A DNA stretch of 64,000 nt from NCBI GenBank assembly GCA_934169725.1, contig CAKPOF010000003.1, positions 48,460 to 112,459 on the forward strand, in the 5' to 3' direction. This stretch comes from an uncultured Clostridia bacterium. Its GTDB lineage: Bacteria; Bacillota; Clostridia; TANB77; CAG-508. Under the pieces are notes generated by a model that saw only the letters and a program-made list of their open reading frames with translations, had not been told where the DNA came from and ran no database searches. Both the position numbers and the translations under genes were made by a program. Shown here piece after piece: positions 38,747 through 51,000 of the stretch (position 1 is its first letter; each line of letters begins with the position of its first letter).

Positions 38747-40903
38747 ATGGAAAAAGTAACAAGATTATTAAAAACTTCAATTGATACAATAAGGATAGAG
38801 GGCGTAAAAGAATTTATTAACAAATCAAAATTTTATTTAAAAAGTAGACTTATTAAGGATGATAGAATGCTATATGGAGATATTTTATTTATTAATGGAT
38901 GCACACTTTTACATCCTCAAAGATATCGTGTTGATCATCAGATAGAGCAACTTAGAGCTGCAGGATTTTATTGTGAAGGAATTAGTTATGATAAAATAGA
39001 TATGAAATTTTTAAAGTATTATAGAGGTTTCGTATTTTTTAGATGTCCTATTACTGATCAGGTTAGAGAGTTTATAAAAACTGCAAAAGCAGAAAATAAA
39101 GCTGTTTTTTATGATATTGATGATTTAGTTATAGACCAAAAATATACAAATACAATTAAGTATTTAAAGACTATGAGCAAAGAAGAACTAGATTTATATA
39201 ATGATGGTGTAAATAGAATGAGAGAAACATTAGAAATGTGTGATTACGCAATTACAACAACTGAACGTTTAGCTACAGAATTAAATCATTATGTAAAAGA
39301 AGTTTATATTAATAGAAATGTTGCCTCAGAAAAGATGGTTAAGTTATCATTAAATGCAATGAAAAAAGTAGAAAGAGACGAAGATAAAGTTGTTATGTCA
39401 TATTTAAGTGGGAGTATAACACATAATGATGATTTTAAAATGATTTTACCTGTTGTTCAAAAACTTATGAAAGAACATGATAATTTATATCTAAAAGTTG
39501 TTGGCTTGCTAGATATACCGGAAGAATTGCAAGAATTTAAATCAAGGATTTTAACTACACCATTTGTATCATGGTTAGAACTACCAAATATAATTGCTTC
39601 AATTGATATAAATTTAGCACCATTAGAAAAGACTATTTTTAATGAAGCAAAATCTGAAAATAAATGGACAGAGGCGTCTTTATGCAAAACTGTGACAGTT
39701 GCAAGTGATTTTGGTGCATTTAAAACATGCATAAGAGATGGGATTGATGGTGTTTTATGTGATTCTGTTGACGATTGGTACGAAAAATTAAATAAAGTTA
39801 TTGAAGATAGAGAATATAGAAATAAACTTGCTGAAGAGGCTTTTAAACAGGTTATTAAGAAAAAAGTTACAACATATACAGGAATTGGTTTATATAATTT
39901 TATACAAAGTAAGTTAAAGAAAAATATCGTATTTATTGTACCAAGTACTAATATTAGCGGTGGTGTAAATGTAGCAATTAAACATTGCAATATATTAAAA
40001 AAAGCAGGATATGATGCATTTTTTATTAATATGGATAATAATACTGATGATATTGTGAATAGTGATGGTATCGTTAGAGTTATAAAATCTAAAGATATAG
40101 TTTTAGGACAAATCAATACAATGGTTGCAACATTATGGGCAACATTAAATTATGTAAAAAAATATCCAAATTGTATTAATAAAGCATATTTGGTTCAAAA
40201 TTTTGAAACTGATTTTTATGAAGATGGAGATTTACAAAAATTTGAAGCTAATACAACATATAATTCTTACACACCAATTAAATATTTAACGATTTCAAAA
40301 TGGTGTGAAGATTGGTTAAAAAATGAATATTACCAAGAATGTAAATTTGCTCCGAATGGAATAAATTTGAAAAAATTCCCTTTTAAAGAACGTAAATTTG
40401 ATAATAAAATAAAAATATTAGTTGAGGGAAATTCAGAAGATTATTATAAAAATGTAGATGAAAGTTTTAAAATTGTTGAAAGATTAGATAAAAATAAATA
40501 TGAAATTAACTTTTTATCATATCAAGGAGAACCTAAAAAATGGTATTATGTTGATAATTTTATGCATAAAGTTCCATATGATAAAGTAGGACAAGTATAT
40601 GCTGATTGTGATATTTTAATAAAATCAAGTAAATTGGAAAGCTTTTCATATCCACCACTTGAAATGATGGCAACAGGAGGTTTGGTGGTTGTAGCACCAA
40701 ATGAAGGAAATGTTGAATATTTAAAAGATGAGTATAATTGCTTATTTTATAAACAAGGAAATATTGAACAAGCTGTTAGCCAAATTGAAAGAATAGTTGA
40801 AGACAAAGAATTAAGGGAAAGATTAATAAAGAATGGACTAGAAACTGCTAAAGAGAGGGAATGGTCAGCTATAGAAAAAGATGTTGTTGATTTATATGTT
40901 TAA
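38747..40903 (+). CDS. Large two-module glycosyltransferase with a C-terminal GT4 (GT-B, group 1) domain.
   Basis: C-terminal ESFSYPPLEMMATGGLVVVAPNEG (GT4 E-x7-E region). The N-terminal ~400 aa have no recognisable family. Confidence 0.6.
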   Translation: MEKVTRLLKTSIDTIRIEGVKEFINKSKFYLKSRLIKDDRMLYGDILFINGCTLLHPQRYRVDHQIEQLRAAGFYCEGISYDKIDMKFLKYYRGFVFFRCPITDQVREFIKTAKAENKAVFYDIDDLVIDQKYTNTIKYLKTMSKEELDLYNDGVNRMRETLEMCDYAITTTERLATELNHYVKEVYINRNVASEKMVKLSLNAMKKVERDEDKVVMSYLSGSITHNDDFKMILPVVQKLMKEHDNLYLKVVGLLDIPEELQEFKSRILTTPFVSWLELPNIIASIDINLAPLEKTIFNEAKSENKWTEASLCKTVTVASDFGAFKTCIRDGIDGVLCDSVDDWYEKLNKVIEDREYRNKLAEEAFKQVIKKKVTTYTGIGLYNFIQSKLKKNIVFIVPSTNISGGVNVAIKHCNILKKAGYDAFFINMDNNTDDIVNSDGIVRVIKSKDIVLGQINTMVATLWATLNYVKKYPNCINKAYLVQNFETDFYEDGDLQKFEANTTYNSYTPIKYLTISKWCEDWLKNEYYQECKFAPNGINLKKFPFKERKFDNKIKILVEGNSEDYYKNVDESFKIVERLDKNKYEINFLSYQGEPKKWYYVDNFMHKVPYDKVGQVYADCDILIKSSKLESFSYPPLEMMATGGLVVVAPNEGNVEYLKDEYNCLFYKQGNIEQAVSQIERIVEDKELRERLIKNGLETAKEREWSAIEKDVVDLYV

Positions 40904-40989
40904 AATTCACGTAATATAATAATCTTCTAAATGTAAGAAAAGTATAAAAAATAAACTTATAAACCAAATCGAGTAAAGGAGTAAATATA

Positions 40990-42396
40990 ATGTTTAAAAT
41001 GAATCCGGCAAAATTTTTTGTGTTTTGTGCATTAATATTTGGAATTTTATTAATAACTATAATTCCCCCATTTCAATCTCCAGATGAAGATAGTCATTTT
41101 AAGAAAGCATATGTGATATCAAAAGGAAAACTTTTTCCTACATCACAAAATGGAATAGTAGGATATGATATTCCAACTGATATGATAAATTACATTAATG
41201 AAAAATTATCATATATTGGAAATAGAGATAGAAAATATACTTATAGTGAAGAAATATTAGATGATAAATTGCCTAAAGATTATTCAGATGTTACTTTTCA
41301 TAATTTTTCTACAGTAGAAATTACACCAATTGTATATATAGCACCAGCTACTGGAATTATTTTTTCTAAAATTGCAACCAAAGTGATAGGTATGGATAAT
41401 ATTTCTATAGTTACTATGTTGCATTTTGCTAGATTTTTTAGTTTAATGATGTATATTATATTAGTATATTGGGCAATAAGGTCTACTCCTATTTTAAAGA
41501 AAACATTTTGTGCTATTGCTTTACTTCCAATGAGTTTAGCGTTAGCTGTAGCAATATCATATGATAGTATTATAATTGCACTTTCATTATTAAGCACAGC
41601 ATTAATATTTAAATTAATATTTGATGATAATATAAAGGAAGTCTCTTATAAATATTTAATTGCCTTTGGCATTATAGCTTTTATTTTATTAACAATAAAA
41701 ACAATATATGTTACAGTTTTATTCCCATTAATTTTTATTCCTAAAGAAAAATATGGTGGTAAAGTAACTAAAATATTAAAAAGCTTTGGAATAATATTAT
41801 TAATTGCAATAGTATTATATATAATTAATAAGATACCATTGATGAATTTGGAAAGAAATGTTGTTGAAAATAATTCTGGAAAACAAATAAGTTTTATAAT
41901 TAATAATCCTATAAAGTATTTAAAAATTTGGATAAAAACAATGATATCAAATAGAAATTTCTATTTTACGGGAATGATAGGAATTTTTGGATTAATAGAT
42001 ACATTTGTGCCAACTCTCTATATAGTAATGTATAGTTTGGGAATGTTTATAATTATTTTATCAGATTTTAGTTTATGCCCAATAAAATTTAATTGGAAAT
42101 ATAAATGCATATCTGTCCTAGGAAGTATTGCAACAATATTTGCTGCTTTTTTAGGATTATATGTTTTATGGACAAGTATGGAATTAGGTGTAGGAGCTGA
42201 AACCATTACTGGAATTCAAGGTAGGTATTTTATACCAATTATTCCTTTAGCAATTGTAATTCTGTCTAATTCATTATTGCAAAAAAATAAATATTTGGAA
42301 AATATTATGAAAAAAGTAATGGAGTATAGCTATTTTGTTCCGTTAATGATGCTTTGTGTAATGTTAGTTACAATCTTTTTAAGATATTGGTGCTAA
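40990..42396 (+). CDS. Polytopic membrane protein (DUF2142-like), possibly a glycosyltransferase or polymerase.
   Basis: 468 aa with more than 10 TM segments. The N-terminal loop has PPFQSPDEDSHFKKAYVISKG. Confidence 0.45.
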   Translation: MFKMNPAKFFVFCALIFGILLITIIPPFQSPDEDSHFKKAYVISKGKLFPTSQNGIVGYDIPTDMINYINEKLSYIGNRDRKYTYSEEILDDKLPKDYSDVTFHNFSTVEITPIVYIAPATGIIFSKIATKVIGMDNISIVTMLHFARFFSLMMYIILVYWAIRSTPILKKTFCAIALLPMSLALAVAISYDSIIIALSLLSTALIFKLIFDDNIKEVSYKYLIAFGIIAFILLTIKTIYVTVLFPLIFIPKEKYGGKVTKILKSFGIILLIAIVLYIINKIPLMNLERNVVENNSGKQISFIINNPIKYLKIWIKTMISNRNFYFTGMIGIFGLIDTFVPTLYIVMYSLGMFIIILSDFSLCPIKFNWKYKCISVLGSIATIFAAFLGLYVLWTSMELGVGAETITGIQGRYFIPIIPLAIVILSNSLLQKNKYLENIMKKVMEYSYFVPLMMLCVMLVTIFLRYWC

Positions 42397-42499
42397 TATA
42401 ATAATTAAAGTACAATTGCAAAAAAAGGAAGAACTAAAATTTTAAGAATGGATTTCAAATACTAAAAAATAAAATAATGCGAAAAGAAGGGATAAAAAC

Positions 42500-43183
42500 A
42501 TGAAAGTTTTAATAATAATACCAGCATATAATGAATCGTTAAATATAGAAAAAACAGTAAAAGATGTAATAGAAAATACAAACTATGATTATGTTGTAAT
42601 AAATGATTGTTCCAAAGATAATACAGAAGAAGTATGTGAGAAAAATAATTTTAATATGTTGTCATTACCTGTAAATTATGGGTTAACAAGTGGAATACAA
42701 TTAGGAATGAAATATGCATATAAAAATAATTATGATGTAGCAATTCAATTTGATGGTGACGGACAACATGAAGCAAAATATCTAAAAGATCTAGTAAAAA
42801 GTATAGAAAATGGTACTAATATCGCAATAGGTTCTAGATTTGTAAATCAAAAGAAACCACATTCGATGAGAATGTTTGGAAGTAATTTATTAACAGTAGC
42901 TATAAAACTAACAACAGGAAAAAAGATAAAAGACCCTACATCAGGAATGAGAGCATATGATAGAAAAACAATTGCAGAATTTGTCAAAAATGCGAGTTTG
43001 ACACCAGAACCTGATACTTTAGTTTATTTTCTAAAAAAGAAAATGAGAATAGAAGAAGTTCAAGTTGAAATGAAAGAAAGAGAATTTGGAGAAAGCTATT
43101 TAAATCCTATAAAATCTGCTGAATATATGATAAATATGTTCTTCTCTATTATATTTATAAGAGCCATAGCAAAAAATAAATAG
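42500..43183 (+). CDS. GT2 polyprenyl-phosphate glycosyltransferase (GtrB/DPM1-like, soluble-type).
   Basis: MKVLIIIPAYNESLNIEKTVKDV...VVINDCSKDNT...QFDGDGQH. Confidence 0.75.
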   Translation: MKVLIIIPAYNESLNIEKTVKDVIENTNYDYVVINDCSKDNTEEVCEKNNFNMLSLPVNYGLTSGIQLGMKYAYKNNYDVAIQFDGDGQHEAKYLKDLVKSIENGTNIAIGSRFVNQKKPHSMRMFGSNLLTVAIKLTTGKKIKDPTSGMRAYDRKTIAEFVKNASLTPEPDTLVYFLKKKMRIEEVQVEMKEREFGESYLNPIKSAEYMINMFFSIIFIRAIAKNK

Positions 43184-43209
43184 TTGATAAAGAAGGGAAT
43201 GATATAAAA

Positions 43210-43548
43210 ATGACACTAACATTAAGAATAATATTAATAGTATTATCTGTGATATCTTTTATATTATGTATAAGAAAAATAAAACAATCAAAGTTGAAAG
43301 TAATGAATGCAGTTACATGGATGATAGGATGTATATTACTAATATTAATGAGTGTATTTGAAAATGGAGTAGAATATATTTCAAGTAAATTAGGATTTAT
43401 GGCACCAGTAAATTTTGTGTTTCTTGTCATAATTGGATTTTTACTTATACAAAATTTTATAGATAATATGAGAATCACAAGTTTAAGTGAAAAATTAAAA
43501 GATTTAAATCATTACATAGCTCTAAAAGAAAAAAATGAAGAAAAATAA
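43210..43548 (+). CDS. Small membrane protein (DUF2304-like) that accompanies the GtrB-like GT2.
   Basis: 112 aa with 3 TM segments and a charged C-terminal tail. Confidence 0.4.
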   Translation: MTLTLRIILIVLSVISFILCIRKIKQSKLKVMNAVTWMIGCILLILMSVFENGVEYISSKLGFMAPVNFVFLVIIGFLLIQNFIDNMRITSLSEKLKDLNHYIALKEKNEEK

Positions 43549-43559
43549 GGGGATAGAAA

Positions 43560-44597
43560 ATGAATAAATACAAACTATCAATAATAGCAGCTGTATATAA
43601 TTTAGAAAAATATTTGCCAAGATGTTTGGATGCATTAGTTAACCAAACATTGCAAGAAATAGAGATTTTATGTGTAGATGATGGCTCAATAGATTCAGCA
43701 CCACAAATAATTGATGAATATGCAAAAAAATATCCAGATAAAATAAAGGCATTTCATAAACCAAATGGAGGAGAATTTACCACAAGAAATTATGGATTGG
43801 AAAGAGCTACAGGCGAATATGTAACATTTGTTGATACAGATGATTGGGTAGAACCTAATTGGGCAGAAAAATTATATAATGCTGCCAAAGAAAACAATGC
43901 AGATATGGCTGTGTGTGCATTTGAAAGAATAGATTTAAATACAAATAAGGTTGTGTCAACAAATATGACAAATTTCGGAAATACTGTAAAAGAAATAAAT
44001 AATAAAGATGATTTTATGCTATTTATAAATCCTGCACCTTGGAACAAGATATATAAACTAGACAAAGTTAAAAACTTAAGATTTTTGGATTTTAGAGGTT
44101 TTAACGATATGATTTTCTTAACAAGTAGTTATACAACAGTTGAAAAAATAGCATTTGTTCCAGATGTACTATATCATTATTATTTAAGATATGATTCACA
44201 AATTCATAGTGTAAATAAACAGGATGTTGAAAATTTTAAAAAGTATTTATTAGATTTAAAACAATTATATATAGATACAGGTAAATATGATGAAATGAGA
44301 AATATTCTAGACCTTATGGCATTTATTCATTTAGGAACATCAGTTATGTATAGAGCTTCGTATGATAAAACAATAAATATTAGAAAGATGGTTAAAGAAA
44401 CAATAAAATATTTAGATAATAATTTTGGAACATGGAGAAAATCGCCATATTTAACATTAAAATATTCTACAAAAAAAGGATTTAAACATATAGGATTGTG
44501 GGGAATATCAAAACTATATAAATGGAACATGGCAATGGTATATATAAAATTATATAAATTTATGATTGATGTTTTAAAAATTGATATAAAATGGTAA
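43560..44597 (+). CDS. Family 2 glycosyltransferase.
   Basis: LSIIAAVYNLEKYLPRCLDALVNQTLQEIEILCVDDGS...VDTDD. Confidence 0.75.
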   Translation: MNKYKLSIIAAVYNLEKYLPRCLDALVNQTLQEIEILCVDDGSIDSAPQIIDEYAKKYPDKIKAFHKPNGGEFTTRNYGLERATGEYVTFVDTDDWVEPNWAEKLYNAAKENNADMAVCAFERIDLNTNKVVSTNMTNFGNTVKEINNKDDFMLFINPAPWNKIYKLDKVKNLRFLDFRGFNDMIFLTSSYTTVEKIAFVPDVLYHYYLRYDSQIHSVNKQDVENFKKYLLDLKQLYIDTGKYDEMRNILDLMAFIHLGTSVMYRASYDKTINIRKMVKETIKYLDNNFGTWRKSPYLTLKYSTKKGFKHIGLWGISKLYKWNMAMVYIKLYKFMIDVLKIDIKW

Positions 44598-44614
44598 ACT
44601 GAAAGGAATTTATA

Positions 44615-45865
44615 ATGGAAAAAGATACACAGTTTAAAAAGAATTTTATATGGAATATAATAGGAACAGGAGTAAATGCATTTAGTTCATTATTTTTTAT
44701 GATTATTGTAACAAGAATAAATGGAGTTGAAAATGCTGGTATTTATACAATAGCCTATACAACAGCTTGTATATTATATATGATAGGAATATATGCAGGA
44801 CGTATATATCAGGTTACTGAAAATAATGAAAAGATACATAATAGGGATTATATTTTAAATAGAGTAATATCATGTTGTATAAGTATTTTTATTATTTTAA
44901 TATTTGTGACAACAAAAAAATATGATTTATATAAGTCGATGATATTTATAACTTTAGCAATGTATAAAGGATTAGAAGCATTTTGTGATGTTTTTTATGG
45001 TATTTTGCAAAAAAACAATTATTTAGATAAAGTTGGAAAATCATGCTTTTTAAAAACTATTATAAGTATTGTTGCTTTTATATTAATAGATATGTTAACT
45101 AAAAATTTAGTTTTAGCATGTACATCAATTGTTGTTGTATATATAGCAATAATTATGTTATATGATATTAGAACAACGAGAAAATATATTTATTTAGAAG
45201 AAAAAGCAAATATAAGAAATGCTATGGATATTTTCAAAGGTGGTTTTTTTCCATTTAGTATCTCTTTTTTAGGAGTATATATAACAAATGCACAGAAATA
45301 TGCGATAGATAGTTTTTTAACAGAAGATATCCAAGCGATATTTGGAATTATAATAATGCCAGCAACGGTAATGGGCTTGATGGCACAATTTATAATACAT
45401 CCATATTTAAATCAAATATTTGAATTATATAAAACGGAAAAATACAAAGAAATAAAAAAGATTATTTATAAAATAATATTAGCAATATTAGTGATTGGAG
45501 CAATATGTTCAATATTGGGTTATTTACTAGGAATTCCAATATTAGAACTAGTTTATGGAATAGGTTTATCACAATATGCTATAGCTTTATTAATGATACT
45601 AATAGCTTCTACATTTTATACAATGGCAGGAATAATATCACCAATATTAATTACAATGAGATGCAATTTTGTGCAATTTATTACATATATAGCAGTAGCT
45701 ATAATGGAAGGAATTATATCAAATATATTAGTACAAAAATATGGAATAAACGGTGCTGTTTGGGCTTACTTAATAACTATGATAATATATTTTGTTATAT
45801 TTTATGTTGTAGCGATGACAATAATAAACAGTAAAATATCAAAGAAAAAGGAGAAAAAAATATGA
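44615..45865 (+). CDS. Wzx-like oligosaccharide flippase (MOP superfamily polysaccharide biosynthesis protein).
   Basis: 416 aa with about 12 TM segments. Confidence 0.65.
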   Translation: MEKDTQFKKNFIWNIIGTGVNAFSSLFFMIIVTRINGVENAGIYTIAYTTACILYMIGIYAGRIYQVTENNEKIHNRDYILNRVISCCISIFIILIFVTTKKYDLYKSMIFITLAMYKGLEAFCDVFYGILQKNNYLDKVGKSCFLKTIISIVAFILIDMLTKNLVLACTSIVVVYIAIIMLYDIRTTRKYIYLEEKANIRNAMDIFKGGFFPFSISFLGVYITNAQKYAIDSFLTEDIQAIFGIIIMPATVMGLMAQFIIHPYLNQIFELYKTEKYKEIKKIIYKIILAILVIGAICSILGYLLGIPILELVYGIGLSQYAIALLMILIASTFYTMAGIISPILITMRCNFVQFITYIAVAIMEGIISNILVQKYGINGAVWAYLITMIIYFVIFYVVAMTIINSKISKKKEKKI

Positions 45866-46851
45866 ATATATTATATACATTAAATGATAAATTTGTTCCA
45901 CAAGTGGCTGCAGGAATTTGTTCAGTATGTGAAAACAATAAGGATATGAAAGAAATTACATTTTATCTTATTTCAAAAGAAATTAGTGAAAAAAATAAGA
46001 GTAAATTAAAAAATTTTGTTGAAAGATATAAAAGAAAAATTGTTATAAAAGAGTTAGGAGATATTAATAAATATTTTGATTTTGAATTTGATACAACAGG
46101 TTGGAATTCAATTGTATTAGCTAGATTGATAATGGACAAATTTTTACCAGAAGATGTTGAAAAAGTTATTTATTTGGATGGAGATACAATAGTAAGAAAA
46201 AGTTTAAAAGAACTGTGGGAAACAAATTTAGACAATTATGTGTTAGGAGCAAGTATAGAACCAACAGTTGACAAAGAAAGAAAAAAGGAACTTGGACTAG
46301 AAACAAAACCGTATTATAATGCAGGAGTTCTTTTGGTAAATTTAAAAAAATGGAGAGAGATAAATGCAGGAAAACTAATATTGGATTATTATAGAGCAAA
46401 GGATGGAAAATTATTTGCAAACGATCAGGATGCAATAAATGGTTCATTATCAGAATATATATATACATTATTACCTAAATATAATTTTTATAATATATTC
46501 TACCAATACAATTATAAATTTTTAAGTAAGTTAATGGAACCAGTGAAATATATTGAGAAAAAAGAATTTGAAGAATGTGTTAAAGAACCTGTAATAATAC
46601 ATTATTTAGGAGAAGAAAGACCATGGAGATATCGGAAATAATCATAAATACAAAAAGGATTATTTAAATTACTTGAATAGTACACCATGGGCAAACGAAG
46701 GAATGGAACGTGGATGGAATCTTTATTTTATTTGTTGGAATATATTTAACTTTATAACAAAACCTTTTCCAGGACTAAGATATAGAATAATAAATACACT
46801 AATACCAAAATTTATGAAGTTTCGTTCAAATCAAATAAAAAACAAAAAGTA
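45862..46851 (+). pseudogene. GT8 glycosyltransferase with a +1 frameshift at about 46632-46638.
   Basis: The first frame has the GT8 core (LDGDTIV DxD, NAGVLLVNL, IIHYLGEERPW) and stops at 46641. A frame +1 relative to it continues NHKYKKDYLNYLNSTPWANEG... to 46851, which is the typical GT8 C-terminal tail. Removing one nucleotide at cggaaataatcat joins the two. Confidence 0.65.
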
Positions 46852-46865
46852 GGGAGTAAAAAAAG

Positions 46866-47852
46866 ATGAAGCCTAAAGTGTCAATAATAATTCCAGTATA
46901 TAATTCGGAAAACTATTTACATAGATGTTTTGATAGTATAATAGAAAATAACTATGAAAATTTAGAAATAATACCTGTAAATGATGGATCTAAAGATGGA
47001 TCACAAGAAATAATAGAAGAATATGAAAAAAAATATAAAGAAATATTTAGGCCAATAAAACAAAATAACCAAGGAATAGGAATGGCTAGGAATAATGGTA
47101 TGGATAAAGCAACTGGTAAATATTTAATGTTTATAGATAATGATGATTTTATAGATAGAGATTATATAAAAACATATGTTGAGGTTGCGGAAAAAGACAA
47201 ATGTGATGTTGTTATATCAGGATATAGAAGAGTAAGTGACAAAGAAGAATTATTTAGAGTAAATCTAGATAATAAATATAGATGGTCAAGATATATTTCT
47301 ATATCACCATGGGGAAAAATATATAGAACATCATTTATTAGGGAAAATGACATAAAATTTTTAAAGACGCCTATAGGAGAAGATGTGTATTTTAACTTAC
47401 AAGTAAATACATTAACAGATAAAATAAAAATTATAGATTATATAGGTTATAATTGGTATTATAATGGAGTAAGTGTTACTAATACTATATCTAAAAAAAT
47501 AAAAGGTATAAACATAACTGAATTACTAGATACGCATTATGGAATATTGAAAGAAAAAAACAGTATAAATAATACAAATTATGATTTGATAGAGTTATAT
47601 TTTATAGTGTTAATTATTCAATTTTTACAATGGATGAGTTATGGTGCAACATATAAAGAAGTAAGTGAAATTTATGAAGAACTATTTTCGTGGCAAAAAG
47701 AACATTTTCCTAATTATAAAAAATGCAAGTATTGGAAACTTACAAAAGGAGACAGATTAAAAATAAGATTAATAATATCAACAGTAATGAATGCACATAA
47801 GTTACATTTGGGGAAATTTATAATATATGTGTATGGAAATATTTTTAAATAA
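46866..47852 (+). CDS. Family 2 glycosyltransferase.
   Basis: VSIIIPVYNSENYLHRCFDSIIENNYENLEIIPVNDGSKDGS...IDNDD. Confidence 0.75.
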   Translation: MKPKVSIIIPVYNSENYLHRCFDSIIENNYENLEIIPVNDGSKDGSQEIIEEYEKKYKEIFRPIKQNNQGIGMARNNGMDKATGKYLMFIDNDDFIDRDYIKTYVEVAEKDKCDVVISGYRRVSDKEELFRVNLDNKYRWSRYISISPWGKIYRTSFIRENDIKFLKTPIGEDVYFNLQVNTLTDKIKIIDYIGYNWYYNGVSVTNTISKKIKGINITELLDTHYGILKEKNSINNTNYDLIELYFIVLIIQFLQWMSYGATYKEVSEIYEELFSWQKEHFPNYKKCKYWKLTKGDRLKIRLIISTVMNAHKLHLGKFIIYVYGNIFK

Positions 47853-47889
47853 AAAACATAGATTTGAGAATATAAAAAAATATTAATAA

Positions 47890-47925
47890 AAAATGTTAGA
47901 AATATTGTAAATAATTTCTAACATT
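47890..47925 (+). terminator. Rho-independent terminator.
   Basis: atgttagaaat-attgtaaata-atttctaacat followed by tttttt. Confidence 0.6.
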
Positions 47926-48001
47926 TTTTATTTAAGAATTATTGAATAAGATGTCGAGTAATGATAAAATATAAAAGAAAAAATATGGGAGAGTGAAAAC
48001 G

Positions 48002-51000
48002 ATGAAAAATATAAAAAAAATAATGATAATATTAATTTTGATGACAATATCTATATTGGGAATTGTTGGAAATTCATTAGGAGAAGATGCAAAAACTGTA
48101 AAACCAACAGTATCTTATAGAACTCATGTACAAGATATAGGATGGCAAAATTATGTGGAAGAAGGAAATACTGCTGGAACAGAAGGAAAGTCTGCAAGAT
48201 TAGAAGGGATAGATATAAAACTCGAAAAAAATAATAGAAATATTGGTATAAAATATCAGGTACATATACAGGATATAGGATGGCAAGACTGGAAACAAGA
48301 TGGGGAATTAGCAGGAACTACAAATCAATCCAAAAGACTTGAAGCAATAAAAATACGTTTAGAAAATACAGAAGAGTATTCTATTATGTATAGAGTACAC
48401 GTACAAGATATAGGATGGCAAGACTGGAAACAAGATGGAGAATTAGCAGGAACTACAAATCAATCCAAAAGACTTGAAGCAATACAAATAAAAATAGTAG
48501 AAAAGCAGAAAGTGGCAAAAATTTATATAGATACGCCAGTTAATGGAAATACATATTATGGAGTAGAAATGAGTACATTAACAGTATCAGGTTGGAAAAT
48601 GTCAAATGATACAAATGCAACTATGAAAGCATATATTGATGGTAATGCTGTTGATGCAAATACAATTTCTTATAGTGAGAGGGAGGATGTTATAAATACA
48701 ATATCTGGATATGGAACAAAAGAGCAAAACCCTACTCCAGGATTTAAATTTGATATAGATATATCAAAAATGACTAACGGAAATCATATAATAAAAATTG
48801 AAGTATATTCAGGTGGGAATTTATTAGCTCAGAGTATTTTAGATTTTAATGTTGATAATAGTGGTATACATGTTGAATATCAATCACATGTACAAGATAT
48901 AGGATGGCAAGATTGGAAAAAAGATGGAGAGTTAGCAGGAACAACTAATAAATCAAAGAGAGTAGAAGCTATAAAGATAAAAATGAAAGGTGTGTCGAAT
49001 GACATACATATAAAATATCAAGCTCATGTACAAGATATAGGATGGCAAGATTGGAAAAAAGATGGAGAGTTAGCAGGAACGACAGGACAAGATAAAAGAA
49101 TAGAAGCTATAAGAATGAGCTTAGAAAACACAGAAGAGTATTCTATTATGTATAGAGTATATGTACAAGATATAGGATGGCAGGAATGGAAAAAAGATGG
49201 AGAATTGGCAGGAACAACAGGACAAGATAAAAGAATAGAAGCTATAGAAATAAAAATACAGGAGAGACAAAAAGCTGCGAAGTTATATATTGATACTCCA
49301 ATAAATGAAAGTACACATTATGGAATAGAAGAAAAAAGTTTAAATGTATCTGGATGGAAAATGGCTAATGTTTCAAATACATCATTAAAAGCATATATAG
49401 ATGGAAATGCAATAGATACAAATTCTATTTCTTATGTGGAAAGAGCTGATGTAATAAATGGTGTAGAAGGGTATGGAACTGAAAAAGAAAATCCAAAACC
49501 TGGATTTGCATTTAATATAGATATATCAAAAATGACAGCAGGAAAACATATATTAAAAATTGAGGCATATTCTAATATGACATTATTAGCAGAAAATACT
49601 ATTAATTTTAATATTGATAATAACATACATATTGAATATCAAGCACATATACAAGATATAGGATGGCAAGAATGGAAACAGGAAGGAGACTTAGCAGGGA
49701 CAACAGGACAAGATAAAAGAATAGAAGCTGTAAAATTTAAAATTATAAATGCATCAAATCAAATGCATGTAAAATATAGAGCACATATACAAGATATAGG
49801 ATGGCAGGAATGGAAGCAAGATGAAGAATTAGCAGGAACAACAGGACAAGACAAAAGAATAGAAGCAATACAAATAAAATTAGAAGGAATAGAAGGATAC
49901 GTTATAGAATATAGGAGTCATGTACAAAATATAGGTTGGCAACAATGGGCATCTGATGAAATGATTTCAGGAACGGTTAAACAAAAACTTAGAATAGAAG
50001 CAATTAATACAAGAATAGTCAAAAGTACAGAAACAATGGTTCCACAAATAAAATATGCAAATTATACAACACAAAACAATTGGACTTCATATGTTTCTAA
50101 TGGACAAATATCAGGAAATGATTCAAGTGGTATAAATATTGAAGCATTAAAAATTGCTTTATCAAAGGTATCAGGCGATGCAAAAGTTGAATATAAAGCC
50201 CATGTACAAAATATAGGTTGGCAAGATTATGTATCCAATGATACACAAGCAGGTGTTACAGGACAAAACAATGCAATAGAAGCAATAAAAATTAAATTAG
50301 AAAATTTACCTGGATATTCAGTAGAATATAGAGTATATGTTAATGGAAAAGGCTGGCAAGATTGGGTAAGAGATGGAGTAACATCTGGTACGGTAGGAGA
50401 AAGTAAGCAAATAGGTGCAATACAAATAAGAATTAATATAGATGCATATCCACATAATAAATCAGATTATGATAATATAAATGTTTCAAAATATCCAGGA
50501 TATAAAGAACTTTTAGACAATTTACAAGATAAACATCCTACATGGAGTTTCAAACTGTTGTATACAGGTTTAGATTTTAATACTGCTGTAAGATCAGAGT
50601 ATTCTGTTCATAATAAAAATTTAGTACCTTCAAATTATTCAGGAGAATGGGTTTGTAGTGTGTGTGGAACTAAACAATATGATAGTGGATGGTATGGGGC
50701 ATCTGAAAAAGCTATAGCTTATTATATGGATGTTAGAAATTTCCTAAAGGAAGAAAATGTATACCAATTTTTAGAGTTAAATGAATATCCATCAGATTCA
50801 GTTTCAATTTCCGGAATTCAATCTAAAGTAAATGGTACTTTTTTACAAAATTATGCAACAGCTGTAAACAATGCATGTGTTAATACAAATGTAAACCCAT
50901 ATTATATAATTACAAGATTATTACAGGAACAAGGAAACAAGGGAACTGAAATAGGAACAGGAATGGATGGTAAAGATGGAAAAATATATTATAATCCATT

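Noticed and set aside
45505-45834. 109-aa ORF inside the Wzx flippase gene.
   Set aside because: It is an alternative frame of a 12-TM membrane protein gene and is spurious.
48100-50400. Strong DNA-level periodicity (repeated gatataggatggcaag...).
   Set aside because: This is the nucleotide image of tandem ChW protein repeats. The units are about 135-150 bp, imperfect, and entirely in-frame coding. It is not a CRISPR array or a satellite.
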